Source: Methanofastidiosum sp. (GTDB lineage: Archaea; Methanobacteriota_B; Thermococci; Methanofastidiosales; Methanofastidiosaceae). From it: DNA of 64,000 nt. The number at the start of each line of letters is the position of its first letter. Positions within the stretch are counted from its first letter, which is position 1. The translations under genes were made by a program, and so were the position numbers. Shown here one piece after another: positions 38,139 through 49,509 of this stretch. Where the stretch lies: the NCBI GenBank assembly GCA_020854815.1, contig JAHKLW010000019.1, positions 10,571 to 74,570 of the forward strand, given 5' to 3'. A model generated the notes under the pieces. The model saw nothing but the letters and a program-made list of their open reading frames with translations, ran no database searches and was not told where the DNA came from.

Positions 38139-38270
38139 AGATAAACCTATAAGATTTTATTCTTTCTTAGGAATAATAAGTAGATTAAATAATGGTTAAT
38201 TTAATTTATAATAAAAAGCCTTTTATAATTAGTAATAATAGTTTAATAACTTACGATTGGAGGTAAAATT

Positions 38271-38762
38271 ATGAGAAAACTAATTGGAATATTCGTAGCA
38301 ATTATATTAACTGTTTCGATGTTGATAACGCCAATATATGCAGCCCAAAATACTCCGCCAACTCTCGAAGGCGGGGTTCTATTCTATACTTTCCAGGGAA
38401 ATACCTTTTCTTACAAATTTCAAGTTATGTATGAAGATGCCGATGGAGATTTACCTGCATATATGTTTGTCTACATTAACGGCTCTAGGAAATTAATGGA
38501 AAAACAAGATATTTCAGATAATAATTCAAAAGACGGCATTTTATATGTAGTACCATTATCTGAAAACGATTTATTTAAAATGGCCCCAAAGGCAAGAGGC
38601 TGGGAAATTGAATACTGGTTTAGAACTAACGATGGGCATGGTCCTGTAACTACTGCAAAATCAAACTTATTTGCATTAGACTATGATGCCATGGGTCTTG
38701 TATCCTCAAACTCTGCAGGCGGAAGCAGTTCTGGCGGTTGCAGTAGATGTGCAAGCGGATAA
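38271..38762 (+). CDS. Secreted hypothetical protein
   Basis: Signal peptide and a C-terminal Gly/Ser/Cys-rich tail. Confidence 0.3.
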   Translation: MRKLIGIFVAIILTVSMLITPIYAAQNTPPTLEGGVLFYTFQGNTFSYKFQVMYEDADGDLPAYMFVYINGSRKLMEKQDISDNNSKDGILYVVPLSENDLFKMAPKARGWEIEYWFRTNDGHGPVTTAKSNLFALDYDAMGLVSSNSAGGSSSGGCSRCASG

Positions 38763-38810
38763 TATTTTAATATTTATATTTTTTTATTCAATCCTTTGTA
38801 CGGTGTATAT

Positions 38811-39944
38811 ATGGAAGAAAATAAACATAAGAAAGGATTGGGTATATTTGAAAAATATCTCACTGTTTGGGTATTCCTCTGTATTGGCGCTGGAATAGTT
38901 TTAGGAAAAATAGCACCGACAGTTGCAGTAGCCATAGATTCATTTTCATATTATCAAGTTTCAATACCTATTGCAATCTGCCTATTCTTCATGATGTACC
39001 CTATAATGGTTAAGATTGATTTTTCAGAAGTTGTAAAAGCAGCAAAAACTCCAAAACCTGTTGGAATGACATTGTTTATCAACTGGGCGATAAAGCCTTT
39101 TTCTATGTTCGTCATAGCTTCATTTTTTCTTGGAGTTTTATTTAAAGGATACTTACCAGGAACTGAAATACTAATTACAGGCCAAGAAGTTGAACTTTGG
39201 AGAAGTTACATATCTGGAACAATTCTTTTGGGAATTGCGCCGTGTACTGCAATGGTCTTAGTTTGGAGTTATTTGGCTAGAGGAAACGATGGCCTTACCT
39301 TAGTAATGGTCGCCATAAATTCACTTACCATGCTATTCTTATATGCGCCTTTAGGTGGGCTATTACTTGGAGTAAACGCAATGCCAATACCCTGGCAAAC
39401 AATACTATTATCTGTTACAATATATGTTGGATTGCCACTACTTGCAGGCTATATTACAAGAAAACAACTTATTAAATCAAAAGGACTCCAATGGTTTAAA
39501 GAAAAATTCTTACATAGACTTACTCCTGTTAGTATTATTGCTCTTTTAATAACATTAGTGCTACTATTCTCTCTCAAAGGAGAATTAATAATTAATTATC
39601 CACTGACTATATTTTGGATTGCCATACCCTTGTTCATCCAGACTCTATTTATTTTTGCATTAGGATATTTTGCTCTGTCAAAAATCTTAAAACTTGGATA
39701 TAGAGATGCCGCTCCTGCATCAATGATAGGTGCTTCTAATCACTTTGAAGTTGCAATTGCAACAGCTACTACCTTGTTTGGTCTTTCATCTGGTGCAGCA
39801 CTTGCAACAGTTGTAGGTGTTTTAATAGAAGTGCCAACAATGTTACTTTTAGTTTCAATCTGTAAAAAAACATGCTACTTATTCCCAGGATGCGATCTTC
39901 CTTGGCCACAATGCAAAAAAAGTGCCAATAAATCTATTTTTTAA
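38811..39944 (+). CDS. acr3: Arsenite efflux transporter, ACR3 family
   Basis: '[20 protein letters not shown]' N-terminus and 10 TM helices, the ACR3 pattern. The start is trimmed to MEENK. Confidence 0.8.
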   Translation: MEENKHKKGLGIFEKYLTVWVFLCIGAGIVLGKIAPTVAVAIDSFSYYQVSIPIAICLFFMMYPIMVKIDFSEVVKAAKTPKPVGMTLFINWAIKPFSMFVIASFFLGVLFKGYLPGTEILITGQEVELWRSYISGTILLGIAPCTAMVLVWSYLARGNDGLTLVMVAINSLTMLFLYAPLGGLLLGVNAMPIPWQTILLSVTIYVGLPLLAGYITRKQLIKSKGLQWFKEKFLHRLTPVSIIALLITLVLLFSLKGELIINYPLTIFWIAIPLFIQTLFIFALGYFALSKILKLGYRDAAPASMIGASNHFEVAIATATTLFGLSSGAALATVVGVLIEVPTMLLLVSICKKTCYLFPGCDLPWPQCKKSANKSIF

Positions 39945-39945
39945 T

Positions 39946-40761
39946 TTATTTTTCTATTTCTTTCAAAGCTCTATTGAATGAATCTCTTAATGAATTAATA
40001 GTTCCTTCTCTTATTACAACTTCACTATTAAAATGCGATGCAAACTCTTTGCATTTGGCCCTAAAATTAGACTTATCAATAAAATCAAGTTCTATACCTA
40101 TTACTCTTTTATAGTCAGAGCTTCCAAGAGTCAGATTAAACTTTTCTTTAATATTCATCTCAGATAACTCGGCCATTCTTTTTGAGTCAAGATTTCTAGT
40201 CTTTTCTTCCAAAAGTCTTGCCCAGTGTTTTGCCCAACCAGGAGTCATAAAAAAATTATTTGTGGTCTGTTCTAACTCTTTTAGATAATTTTCACTTGAC
40301 CCTATAAGGGCGCAGATACAATCATCCATTATCTCTCCCTTTTCATTAGTTAGAATATCAAACGGGACTATTATTTTGTTATTAATCAGTAATTCTCGTA
40401 TAGAACCTAAGGCATTACCACACAGCCCATAAAGTAGGAGTATATAATCAACATGCTTTTCAATTTCTTTTGAGGCGTTTACCACTTCTCTTTTGATATC
40501 TTCTGCATATAAGTGAAGTGCAAAAGGCAGGATATTAACAACTACCTCAAGAGGGGCTTGTCTTTTTAGAAATCTTGTTGAGCATAACTCCCTTGCAATT
40601 GTAATTTTTTCATAGTTGTATTTAGTTTCAAGCATTTTTTGAAACTCTTTTGAAGAATCACTTGATACAAGTATGATCCTTCCTATATTATCATATTCAG
40701 ATAGTAACTTTAACAGTTCTTCTTCAAAGATTTCACATGCAACTATACCTATTCTCTTCAT
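39946..40761 (-). CDS. Conserved Cys-motif protein, DUF1638-like (paralogue 2)
   Basis: 'IGIVACEIFEEEL', 'GLCGNALG', 'DDCICALIGS', 'TPGWAKHW'. The start is trimmed to MKRIG, removing a hydrophobic N-terminal extension from the track. Confidence 0.45.
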   Translation of the reverse strand: MKRIGIVACEIFEEELLKLLSEYDNIGRIILVSSDSSKEFQKMLETKYNYEKITIARELCSTRFLKRQAPLEVVVNILPFALHLYAEDIKREVVNASKEIEKHVDYILLLYGLCGNALGSIRELLINNKIIVPFDILTNEKGEIMDDCICALIGSSENYLKELEQTTNNFFMTPGWAKHWARLLEEKTRNLDSKRMAELSEMNIKEKFNLTLGSSDYKRVIGIELDFIDKSNFRAKCKEFASHFNSEVVIREGTINSLRDSFNRALKEIEK

Positions 40762-40849
40762 AATCTCTTGTCTAACGTTATTAGGTTTATTTAAAAGAAT
40801 TCTTATTATAATAGAAATATTTATATATGCGCATATATACATAAATATT

Positions 40850-41131
40850 ATGGATATGCAGGTAGAGATATTCAAAGCACTAGGCGATGAAACTCGTCTT
40901 AAAATTGTTAAATGCCTATTAATTCAAGAGTACTGTGCATGCGAGTTCACGTTTGATATTCAAAAAGACCAGACTACAATATCGAGGCATCTTAAGATTT
41001 TAGTCGATGCGGGTATATTAAAATCTGAAAAGAAAGGTAGGAATATTATCTACAGTATAAAAGACAAGGCCACAATCGACATGTTAAAAAATTTTGGCGT
41101 TGAAGGAATGGCGTGTTGTGAGGGAGATTAA
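40850..41131 (+). CDS. arsR: ArsR-family regulator (arsenic-type, CxC)
   Basis: 'LGDETRLKIVKCLLIQEYCACEF' plus a C-terminal 'CC' pair. The ATG is at 40850. Confidence 0.8.
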   Translation: MDMQVEIFKALGDETRLKIVKCLLIQEYCACEFTFDIQKDQTTISRHLKILVDAGILKSEKKGRNIIYSIKDKATIDMLKNFGVEGMACCEGD

Positions 41132-41133
41132 AT

Positions 41134-41880
41134 ATGAGAGATGAAGATATTAAGAGAATTGTAAGAGAAAATTATTCAAAAATAGCATCTTCTAACTGTG
41201 ATTGCAATTGCGGATGTGGAGGTGGGAATAATAATGAACTAATTGCTAAATCATTGGGTTATTCAGACACACAGATTGGAAATGTATCTGAGGCCAATCT
41301 TGGATTGGGTTGTGGAAATCCTACTGCACTTGGCGAGATAAAGGAAGGAGAAACTGTACTAGATCTTGGTTCAGGGGCAGGACTTGACTGTTTTCTTGCT
41401 GCAGATAAAGTTGGAGAAAAAGGAAAGACAATAGGTGTCGACTTCACTGAGACAATGGTCCAAAAAGCAACGCAAAATGCAAAAAAATATGGATATAAGA
41501 ACGTTGAATTTAGACATGGCGACATAGAAAATCTTCCAATTGATGATGGTTCGGTAGATGTCATATTAAGTAATTGTGTGATTAATCTTGTGCCTGATAA
41601 GGCCAAAGCCTTCAATGAAGCTCACAGAGTTCTAAAGAAAGGAGGAAAAATGTACATATCAGATATAGTCTTGCTTCAAGATCTAAGTGATGATTTAAGA
41701 AAAAATGAGATGCTTCTTGTTAGCTGTATTGCGGGTGCAATATTAAAAGAAGATTACCTTAAAATAATCAAAGATACAGGATTTGAAATCTTTACTACCT
41801 CTAGTGATGAAGAAATAAGCATAAGGCAATATTATGGATTGCCTATTGAAAGTTTGAGCATTGTAGCAATAAAGAAATAA
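41134..41880 (+). CDS. arsM: Arsenite S-adenosylmethionine methyltransferase
   Basis: Cys-rich N-terminus 'CDCNCGCGGG', 'LGLGCGNP', SAM motif 'VLDLGSGAG', and 'ILSNCVINL'. Confidence 0.85.
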   Translation: MRDEDIKRIVRENYSKIASSNCDCNCGCGGGNNNELIAKSLGYSDTQIGNVSEANLGLGCGNPTALGEIKEGETVLDLGSGAGLDCFLAADKVGEKGKTIGVDFTETMVQKATQNAKKYGYKNVEFRHGDIENLPIDDGSVDVILSNCVINLVPDKAKAFNEAHRVLKKGGKMYISDIVLLQDLSDDLRKNEMLLVSCIAGAILKEDYLKIIKDTGFEIFTTSSDEEISIRQYYGLPIESLSIVAIKK

Positions 41881-41922
41881 ACAGTAATTATTATTATCTT
41901 CTTTACTTTGAGAATTAATAAT

Positions 41923-44104
41923 TCATGTTCCTACTCTCTTCTTTTTAATATCGAATAATTTTTTAGTATCTTTAAAAAATCTTTCTTGAATTACTAAAAA
42001 AGAGGGTAAAAACAACAGAGTTATCCCCGCGCAGCTGAATACACCAACAAAGAGAAGTTTACCCATAACATCAAGGAAATTAAGAGTTGCAGCTAGAATT
42101 GCCATAAATCCAAATCCGGATACAAAAGAAGAGAGAATAACTGGCTCAAATACACCTCTAACAGTATTTACTATCCTTTCAACCATAATGGGGCTTTTCT
42201 CTAATCTAAATCTGTTTATTGTTTGAATGGCAAAATCAATTCCAATCCCCGCCATAATTGACATAATTCCAACAAGTCCTGAGTCTATAGTTGTACCCAT
42301 AAATCCTGCTATACCCATCATCCAGATAACACCTACTCCTACGGATAGTAGAGGGATAATTCCATATCGAACTGACATAAAAGTCAACATTACACATGCT
42401 AAGATCCCAATTAATCCCAAAATTGAAAGTTTTGACATCTCTGGCATAATAATGTCTGTTAATTCTCTAATCATTGCCATAGTGCCACCAGGCTGAACTG
42501 AAAGGGGGGTCAAACTTAATACTTTTTTAACATCATCATAAACTTGAAGCTGATCAGCACCCTTAGAAACATCTAATCTTATGATGAGATATCCTAAACT
42601 ATCAGACACTTCAAGTCTTCTCTTTAAATCTTCCTTTGGTAGATATATGTCTTTAATATCTAAGTTGAATGAAGAGCCTTCAATACCATAAACATTAATC
42701 AGCTGATTATTTAGTAGATATACCTCTTTTAGTACATTTGAAGAGAGCACATTTTCTGATTTTATTAGAACTAACATTGAGTCATATCTCTGAAATTTAT
42801 CCTTTAAGATATTAAATACCTTTATCACTTCAGAATTTTCTGGCAATGAACTCTCTTCAGTTTCTTCTATGAATTTAAGATAATTTATGCCTGATGCGAG
42901 TAATAGTGTTATAAAAATACCGGCCACAAGAAAGGATTTTGGTCTTTTAGCCTGTAGCTCAGTAAATCTGACAATATTTTTATCTAATTTTTTATTTCTT
43001 ATTTCAATTCCACTAACACTCCATTCCTTCAAAGGCATTAGACATGGCAAAAAGAAAAAAGCCCCTATCAAGCAGTTTATTATGCCTAGCGATAGCGTCT
43101 GACCAAGATGCACAACTGAGAGCATACTAGAAAAAGTAAGGGCCGCAAAACCTGCAATAGTAGTGGTACTTGATCCAATAGTACCTTTACCAACACCCGC
43201 AACCATTGCGACTACTCTTGTCTCATTCGTTGCTCCTTTTTTTGCTTCCTCTCTGTACCTTGACATCATAAATATTCCATACTCAGTTCCAAGACCAATA
43301 ATAATGGCCCCAAAAGTCCCCGTGGCCATACTTATAGGTACGTCCATAAGGGCTAGTTGTCCTGTAGTCCAGATCATTCCAAGAAGAGGAGGTGCTATAA
43401 CTAAAAATGATTTTAAATGAAAAATCAAAGTCAACAGTATAAGTATGATTAACAATGCAAAGGCAACAGTTTTTATTATATCCTCTTATAGAATTTCTAG
43501 CAAAGTTTTAATCAGAATTGGGGATCCAGTAACATTATAATTTAACCCATAAAGATTTTCTTTTTCTACTTCTTCCTCGACTATTTTAATTATTGAATTA
43601 ATGCTTGTTTGATCATAAACAAAGCTAGTAGTCCTGACCAATACAATTGCTGCTGAATAGTCACTTGAGAGTAATTGGGGAATAGTATCTGCAAAATTTT
43701 TCAAATATGTATCATTATCAGGAATTTCTCCAAAAATAGAATAATAAACTGTCCCGGGGCCTAAAGAGTCCAGAATTTCCGGACGAGATTCTGACCTCTG
43801 CTCTAGCCTATATATACTTTCTAATGATTTTTTGTTTCTTATATCTGAAACTTCATTAAGATCAGTTTCTAAAAGGATAATTATGGCCTCTTCTGCGCCA
43901 AACTCATTTGTGATTAGCTCTTGAGTCTTTACTACATCAAACTCTTGAAGGTATTTCTTTCATTAAATCAGATTCAAAACTAAGATTTAGAGACTGGGCA
44001 GCGAAAAATACAGTTAGTATTAACATTACAATTACGATAATTTTAGAATATCTGTATTCCAATATACCTAATTTTCCCAGAGCAGTTTTTCTTAAATCAT
44101 ACAC
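41923..44104 (-). pseudogene. MMPL/RND-superfamily exporter gene disrupted by frameshift and in-frame TAA
   Basis: Three collinear pieces: an N-terminal TM1 piece (GTG at 44104), a periplasmic domain (through 43489), and the TM2-12 part (41923-43485). They are joined by a +1 frame change near 43940-43975 and an in-frame TAA at 43486-43488. Flanking residues 'LLEIL*EDIIKTVAF' continue in frame. Confidence 0.6.
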
Positions 44105-44483
44105 CGGACTACTTCCAATTATTTATTCATATTTTAAATGGCCTCTTAGTTATTAACATTTGTGATGAAAATAATTTTAATTATCCAAGTAAAATATTTA
44201 TAAAAGACCCATACTATAATTAGTATTATTACAACAAAAGAACCAAAGTGTCTTATATATGGCTCAGAAAAGATTTTTGTAATTATCTAAGGAATTCCAG
44301 GCCATGGTCTTTTAAAAAACTCTCAAAAAGGAGAATTTATCCTGGGTGGCTGTAAGACCAAACCAGAAGCGCCAAGATATCACTGCAAGAGATGTAAGAA
44401 CGAGTGGGGTAAGTTGAAGGATGGCCCTGAATATTTTTGAGTTAGAGATTAGTCAAAAAATAGAATAATTAAAGAAAAATAGA

Positions 44484-44699
44484 TTATTTTTTATCTTTTA
44501 ACTCTGCAAAACTTTTCCAACCTAATTCAGGCATTTCAGCTTGCATCATTGCCCTATCTGCCGAACCAAGACCATACATCTTGTCTATCGCCCTCAAAGC
44601 TTCACCAATTTCACCACTCATGTCGTTAGGTTTCGTCGTTGATTTATTCTCTCTTAATATTAGTAACCAATCTGTATAATTTTTTTCTACTGGCATGTG
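44484..44699 (-). CDS. Small hypothetical protein
   Basis: About 70 aa, starting from the internal Met 'MPVEKNYTDW'. Confidence 0.25.
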   Translation of the reverse strand, partial: HMPVEKNYTDWLLILRENKSTTKPNDMSGEIGEALRAIDKMYGLGSADRAMMQAEMPELGWKSFAELKDKK

Positions 44700-44973
44700 T
44701 ATCACCACATTAATTTTTCTTTTTATGTTTATAAATTTTTCGTCAATTACATTAAAAATAAATATTAATATCGACAATTCTAGGATTGCCTAAAATTATT
44801 TCCTTCACCTAATAAGCTATACAGATATCTAAAATAATAAAAAAATATTCCATAAACAGGTAAAAATCATTATATGGAACTTTTGGATATTATTCAAAGA
44901 ATCAATGATGTTATTTCTTTCTAGAATAAATCTTTACGGCATAGTTATTTCTAATCTTAAAATTAGGGCCAAA

Positions 44974-45879
44974 TCAAAACTTCATTAGTTCTTCTTCCCA
45001 TTCTTTTTTGCATTCACAATCGTACTCTAATATTTTTGCATCGTTATTAATTGAGAATCCTAAAATTTTTTTTTCAATTTCTCTATTACACCTCTTACAA
45101 TTTTTAGGGCCACGTGATCTACCAAATGCCACAGGATGGCAAATAATATCCGATCTCAATTTTGAAGTCTTTTTTAGAATTTCCAATATACTCCACCCCC
45201 AAGGTGGCGAATACTCTCCTTTTTTCCAGAGGTACTCAACAAGGGTATTCTTATGGACTGTCATAGGATTAAATGAAATCACATCAGCAATATTTTCAAT
45301 AGCTTTTGCAGAGTTTATCGCATCATGTATGGCTTCTTTCTCAGTTAGATATGGAGGCTTAATCATCAAATAGGCCTTATTTTTAACACCTAGATTTTTT
45401 AAAATATCACTTGCAGAAATATAATCTTCAAAGGTAAATCCCTTGTTGATTGAATGCTTTAGTATTTTGTTATTTGATGATTCCAATCCAATAGCAACTT
45501 CAATTTGAAGATCATTATTTCCTATTAATTCATTCAAGTAATCTTCTTCAATATATTCTGGCCTAGATTCTATTGTTACCTCTGAAATTCCATTCTCAGA
45601 AAGAAATGAAATTATTTTCTTTGCGCAATCAGAATTGACCTCTTTTAGGTCAAGAAAACTTCCAGATGTGAACAGTTTGACCTTCCTTATTTCCTCATCA
45701 TTAGCATTATTAAATTCATCAATAAATATGCTAAATATATCAATTGAAGAATCACTTGGAGAATCCTCAAAATATGAGCACATATTACACCTTCTCCACC
45801 TGCACCCAACAGTTGGGAGAATAATTGAAAGTGCTTTGGATTCTTTACCCTGAACTTTTTCTCTATTATAAAAGTACAT
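44974..45879 (-). CDS. Radical-SAM-like protein with CX4CX2C motif (archaeal TIGR01210/RaSEA-like, tentative)
   Basis: 'LPTVGCRWRRCNMCSY' near the N-terminus, a TIM-barrel-like middle, and a C-terminal Cys cluster 'CKRC...DCEC'. Confidence 0.4.
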   Translation of the reverse strand: MYFYNREKVQGKESKALSIILPTVGCRWRRCNMCSYFEDSPSDSSIDIFSIFIDEFNNANDEEIRKVKLFTSGSFLDLKEVNSDCAKKIISFLSENGISEVTIESRPEYIEEDYLNELIGNNDLQIEVAIGLESSNNKILKHSINKGFTFEDYISASDILKNLGVKNKAYLMIKPPYLTEKEAIHDAINSAKAIENIADVISFNPMTVHKNTLVEYLWKKGEYSPPWGWSILEILKKTSKLRSDIICHPVAFGRSRGPKNCKRCNREIEKKILGFSINNDAKILEYDCECKKEWEEELMKF

Positions 45880-45911
45880 TAACTTTTTTAATTAAATTCA
45901 GTTTAAAAACT

Positions 45912-46301
45912 TCACTCAAAGAGACAGTTCATGCAATTAACAGCTACAACTGAAATTACAAATGCAGCAATTGCAAATATAATCCAAATTCTTCTTCTAT
46001 AATACTTCTCAGAAATATAGATAACAAAAGCAGATGTTGAAATAAAGTAACATAATAATGGAAATATAGGCATCGTGACTAGTAAAAATAGATTATACCC
46101 CATCAGGTAAAGTGACCACTCAATACCGCTCCAGCTGATACCAATAAAAATGACGCCAAAAAGGAATAACTCTTCTGCTTTCTTGTAATTATTTTCCCTT
46201 AAAAAAAGAGAATAAATAATTAAAAAAGAGCTCAATATAGAGCTTAATATTGAATAGTGAAATCCTAGAGATTCGAGCCCCATTTTATTCCAACACTGCA
46301 C
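45912..46301 (-). CDS. Small membrane protein
   Basis: 129 aa with 4 TM helices. It is the last gene after ilvD, with a 17-nt overlap. Confidence 0.35.
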   Translation of the reverse strand: MQCWNKMGLESLGFHYSILSSILSSFLIIYSLFLRENNYKKAEELFLFGVIFIGISWSGIEWSLYLMGYNLFLLVTMPIFPLLCYFISTSAFVIYISEKYYRRRIWIIFAIAAFVISVVAVNCMNCLFE

Positions 46302-47934
46302 CCTTATCAGATGAAGACACTAGTTTTCTATATCTCAAGAGCATTCCTGGAATATTCTTCTTCGGCAGTTTTGCATTTTTTAGTCTCTGTTCTATTTCTT
46401 CATCTGTAAGTGCAACTTCAAGTTTTCTCTTTGGTATATCTATTTTGATTATATCCCCATCCTTTACAGCAGCTATTGCCCCTTTGTCAAAGGCTTCTGG
46501 GGATACATGGCCTATACATGGGCCTCTTGTCCCTCCTGAAAATCTTCCGTCTGTAATTAAGGCCACTGATTCAGACAGCCCCATGCCTGCTATCAAACTT
46601 GTTGGCTCTAACATCTCCCTCATTCCAGGTCCACCCTTTGGCCCTTCGTATCTTATGACAACAACCATTCCAGGTTTAATTTTACCTGAAAGTATGGCTT
46701 TTGTAGCTGTCTCTTCACTTTCAAAGACTTTGGCCTTACCCTCAAACTTCATTATCTTCTCACTAACAGCAGTCTGTTTCACAACAGAGCCTTTAGGAGC
46801 AAGATTTCCCTTAAGAATGGCAATTCCACCCTGTTTGTGGTAAGGATTATCAACATTTCGAATTGTTTGAGATTTTATTATCTTTACTTTCTTTAGTACG
46901 TCACCAAGTGTATTTCCCATAACTGTTTTTGTTTCAAGATTTAGTTTGTTCTTTAATCTTATGAGAATTTGTGGAATACCGCCGGCATCATCAAAGTCTC
47001 TCATAAAGAAAGGTCCACCTGGCCTTAGATTTACAAGGTGTGGCGTCTCTTTAGAAATCTTATCAAATAGTGTTAAGGGCAGGGCAATACCGAATGCATT
47101 AGCAACTGCTGGCAGATGCAGAACAGTGTTTGATGATCCACCTATTCCCATATCAACTCTAATTGCATTTTCAAAGCTCATCTTAGTAATTATGTCTTTT
47201 GGTTTCAAGTCCTTCTTAACAAGTTCTACTACAAGCTTCCCTGTTTGATAAGCTATTTCTTCTTTTCTCTTATCAGTTGCATGAACAGTAGCGCTCCCAG
47301 GAATTGAAAGACCCAACGCTTCAGTCATACAAGCCATTGAGTTTGCCGTAAATAGACCTGCACATGCTCCAGCACCTGGACAACTTCTCTTTTCTATTTC
47401 TCTAAGTTCCTTCTCATATATATCTCCTTTTTTAAAGCTACCAATGGCCTCAAAGATTGATATCAGATCAAGTTGCTTACCTTTGTATTCTCCTGGCTCC
47501 ATTGGGCCTCCAGTGACCATAACAGCTGGAATATTTATCCTACCGGCAGCCATAAGCATACCTGGCGTTATCTTGTCACAATTTGTAACTCCTACCCACC
47601 CATCAAAGAGATGAGAAGAAACCATAAGTTCAACAGAATCAGCAATTATGTCTCGTGATGGCAGAGAATATCTCATGCCTTGATGCCCCATAGCAATTCC
47701 ATCACATATGCCTGGCATACCAAATTCAAACGGGATACCACCCGCATCTCTAATACCTTTCTTTACAAGGTCTGTAAGTTTTCTAAGATTAATGTGGCCT
47801 GGCACTATTTCTGAATAAGCTGAGGCTACACCTATAAACGGTTTCTTAAAGTCCGCATCTTTTAGTCCATCAGCCCTCAACAGTCCTCTTGCCCCTGCCT
47901 TATCAATATCCTCTTTAATTATTGAACTTCTCAC
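46285..47934 (-). CDS. ilvD: Dihydroxy-acid dehydratase
   Basis: '[12 protein letters not shown]', '[11 protein letters not shown]', '[11 protein letters not shown]'. Confidence 0.95.
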   Translation of the reverse strand: MRSSIIKEDIDKAGARGLLRADGLKDADFKKPFIGVASAYSEIVPGHINLRKLTDLVKKGIRDAGGIPFEFGMPGICDGIAMGHQGMRYSLPSRDIIADSVELMVSSHLFDGWVGVTNCDKITPGMLMAAGRINIPAVMVTGGPMEPGEYKGKQLDLISIFEAIGSFKKGDIYEKELREIEKRSCPGAGACAGLFTANSMACMTEALGLSIPGSATVHATDKRKEEIAYQTGKLVVELVKKDLKPKDIITKMSFENAIRVDMGIGGSSNTVLHLPAVANAFGIALPLTLFDKISKETPHLVNLRPGGPFFMRDFDDAGGIPQILIRLKNKLNLETKTVMGNTLGDVLKKVKIIKSQTIRNVDNPYHKQGGIAILKGNLAPKGSVVKQTAVSEKIMKFEGKAKVFESEETATKAILSGKIKPGMVVVIRYEGPKGGPGMREMLEPTSLIAGMGLSESVALITDGRFSGGTRGPCIGHVSPEAFDKGAIAAVKDGDIIKIDIPKRKLEVALTDEEIEQRLKNAKLPKKNIPGMLLRYRKLVSSSDKGAVLE

Positions 47935-49499
47935 TTACTCACATCCACAAACTTTGATAATCCATATTCAACGCTATCTACCAGAGAGTACCAGCTTGCT
48001 GTTATTATGTTTTCAGAAACTCCAACGGTATCCCACATCTTGTTGTAACCATGAGTCCTTATCAAAACTCTGACAACTGACCCAGTTCCTTCCTCACCTT
48101 CAAGAACCCTAACTTTATAGTCGGTAAGATTAAAGTTTTTTATTTCAGGATAAGCTCCAATTAGAGCTTTTCTTAGAGCCTTGTCCAGAGCATTTACAGG
48201 GCCGTTACCCTCTGCAGCTGTATGGAACTCTTTATCATTTACTCTAAGCTTTATTGTAGCTTCAGAGCGGGATTCCATATCTCCTCTTTTGTCAATAACA
48301 ACTCTAAATCCTTCAAGATCGAAGAACTTCTTGTAAGTTCCTAGAGCTTTCTTCATCAAAAGCTCAAATGAGGCCTCTGCACCTTCAAACTGATAACCTT
48401 CGTTTTCAAGTTTTTTTATCTTTTCAAGTATGAAATCAAGTTTAGCATCAGCAGATTCTAGGTCAACACCGTACTCTTTGGCCTTAAAAATAATATTGCT
48501 TCTACCTGATAATTCAGAAACTATGACTCTTGTCCTGTTTCCTACAAGTTCTGGTTTAATATGCTCATATGTATCCGGGTGTCTTTGAATAGCACTGACG
48601 TGTATTCCACCTTTATGAGCAAATGCACTTGAGCCCACATATGGTTGATGCATCTCAGGAGAGATATTCCCGAGTTCTGCTATGTATGCTGAAACATTCT
48701 TTAGTTTACTTAGCTGTTCATCTGAGATACAGTTAAGCTTCATCTTAATTTTAAGGCCAGGAATTATTGAGCAAAGATTTGCATTACCGCATCTCTCTCC
48801 ATATCCATTGATAGTCCCTTGAACATGTACCGCTCCATTTTTGACGGCTTCAAGTGAGTTTGCAACAGCGCATTCTGAATCATTATGGGCGTGAATACCA
48901 ATCTTACTTTTTACATCTGATTTAATTTCACTAATAATACTTCCAATCTCAAAGGGCAGGCTCCCTCCATTTGTATCACATAAAGATATGCAGTCTGCAC
49001 CCGCTTTGTCAGCTTCTTTAATTGTCGACATGGCATATTCTTTGTTTCTCTTATATCCGTCAAAGAAATGCTCCGCGTCGTAAATAACTTCAATTCCATG
49101 CTCCTTTAAGAATACAATAGAATCATAGATCATCTCTAAGTTCTTTTCAAGTGGAATTTTTAATGCTTCAATTACATGAAAATCCCAACTCTTTCCAAAA
49201 ATCGATGCAACTTCTGTGTCCACATCTATAATTGCCTTTAAGTTAGGATCATCTTCAGCCTTTAGCTTTGCTCTTCTTGTGCTCCCAAATGCACAAATTT
49301 TTGAAGTAGACAGAGAAAGAGCTTTGGCATTTTTAAAAAACTCTACATCCTTAGGATTTGAGCCAGGCCATCCACCCTCGATGTAATGTATTCCTAGTTC
49401 GTCAAGCTTTTCACATACCTTCAACTTATCATTAGCGGAGAAGGATATACCTTCTCCCTGTGTTCCGTCTCTCAAGGTTGTATCAAAAAGCCTTATCAT
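47931..49499 (-). CDS. cimA: (R)-citramalate synthase (CimA, GSU1798-type)
   Basis: '[10 protein letters not shown]', '[19 protein letters not shown]', '[16 protein letters not shown]', '[14 protein letters not shown]'. Matches the citramalate synthase subgroup of the LeuA family. Confidence 0.8.
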   Translation of the reverse strand: MIRLFDTTLRDGTQGEGISFSANDKLKVCEKLDELGIHYIEGGWPGSNPKDVEFFKNAKALSLSTSKICAFGSTRRAKLKAEDDPNLKAIIDVDTEVASIFGKSWDFHVIEALKIPLEKNLEMIYDSIVFLKEHGIEVIYDAEHFFDGYKRNKEYAMSTIKEADKAGADCISLCDTNGGSLPFEIGSIISEIKSDVKSKIGIHAHNDSECAVANSLEAVKNGAVHVQGTINGYGERCGNANLCSIIPGLKIKMKLNCISDEQLSKLKNVSAYIAELGNISPEMHQPYVGSSAFAHKGGIHVSAIQRHPDTYEHIKPELVGNRTRVIVSELSGRSNIIFKAKEYGVDLESADAKLDFILEKIKKLENEGYQFEGAEASFELLMKKALGTYKKFFDLEGFRVVIDKRGDMESRSEATIKLRVNDKEFHTAAEGNGPVNALDKALRKALIGAYPEIKNFNLTDYKVRVLEGEEGTGSVVRVLIRTHGYNKMWDTVGVSENIITASWYSLVDSVEYGLSKFVDVSK

Positions 49500-49509
49500 T
49501 TTTTTCTCC

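Noticed and set aside
43486-43488. In-frame stop inside the MMPL gene as possible recoding (pyrrolysine or selenocysteine)
   Set aside because: The codon is TAA, not TAG or TGA, and no SECIS/PYLIS-like context is seen. Treated as a nonsense mutation.
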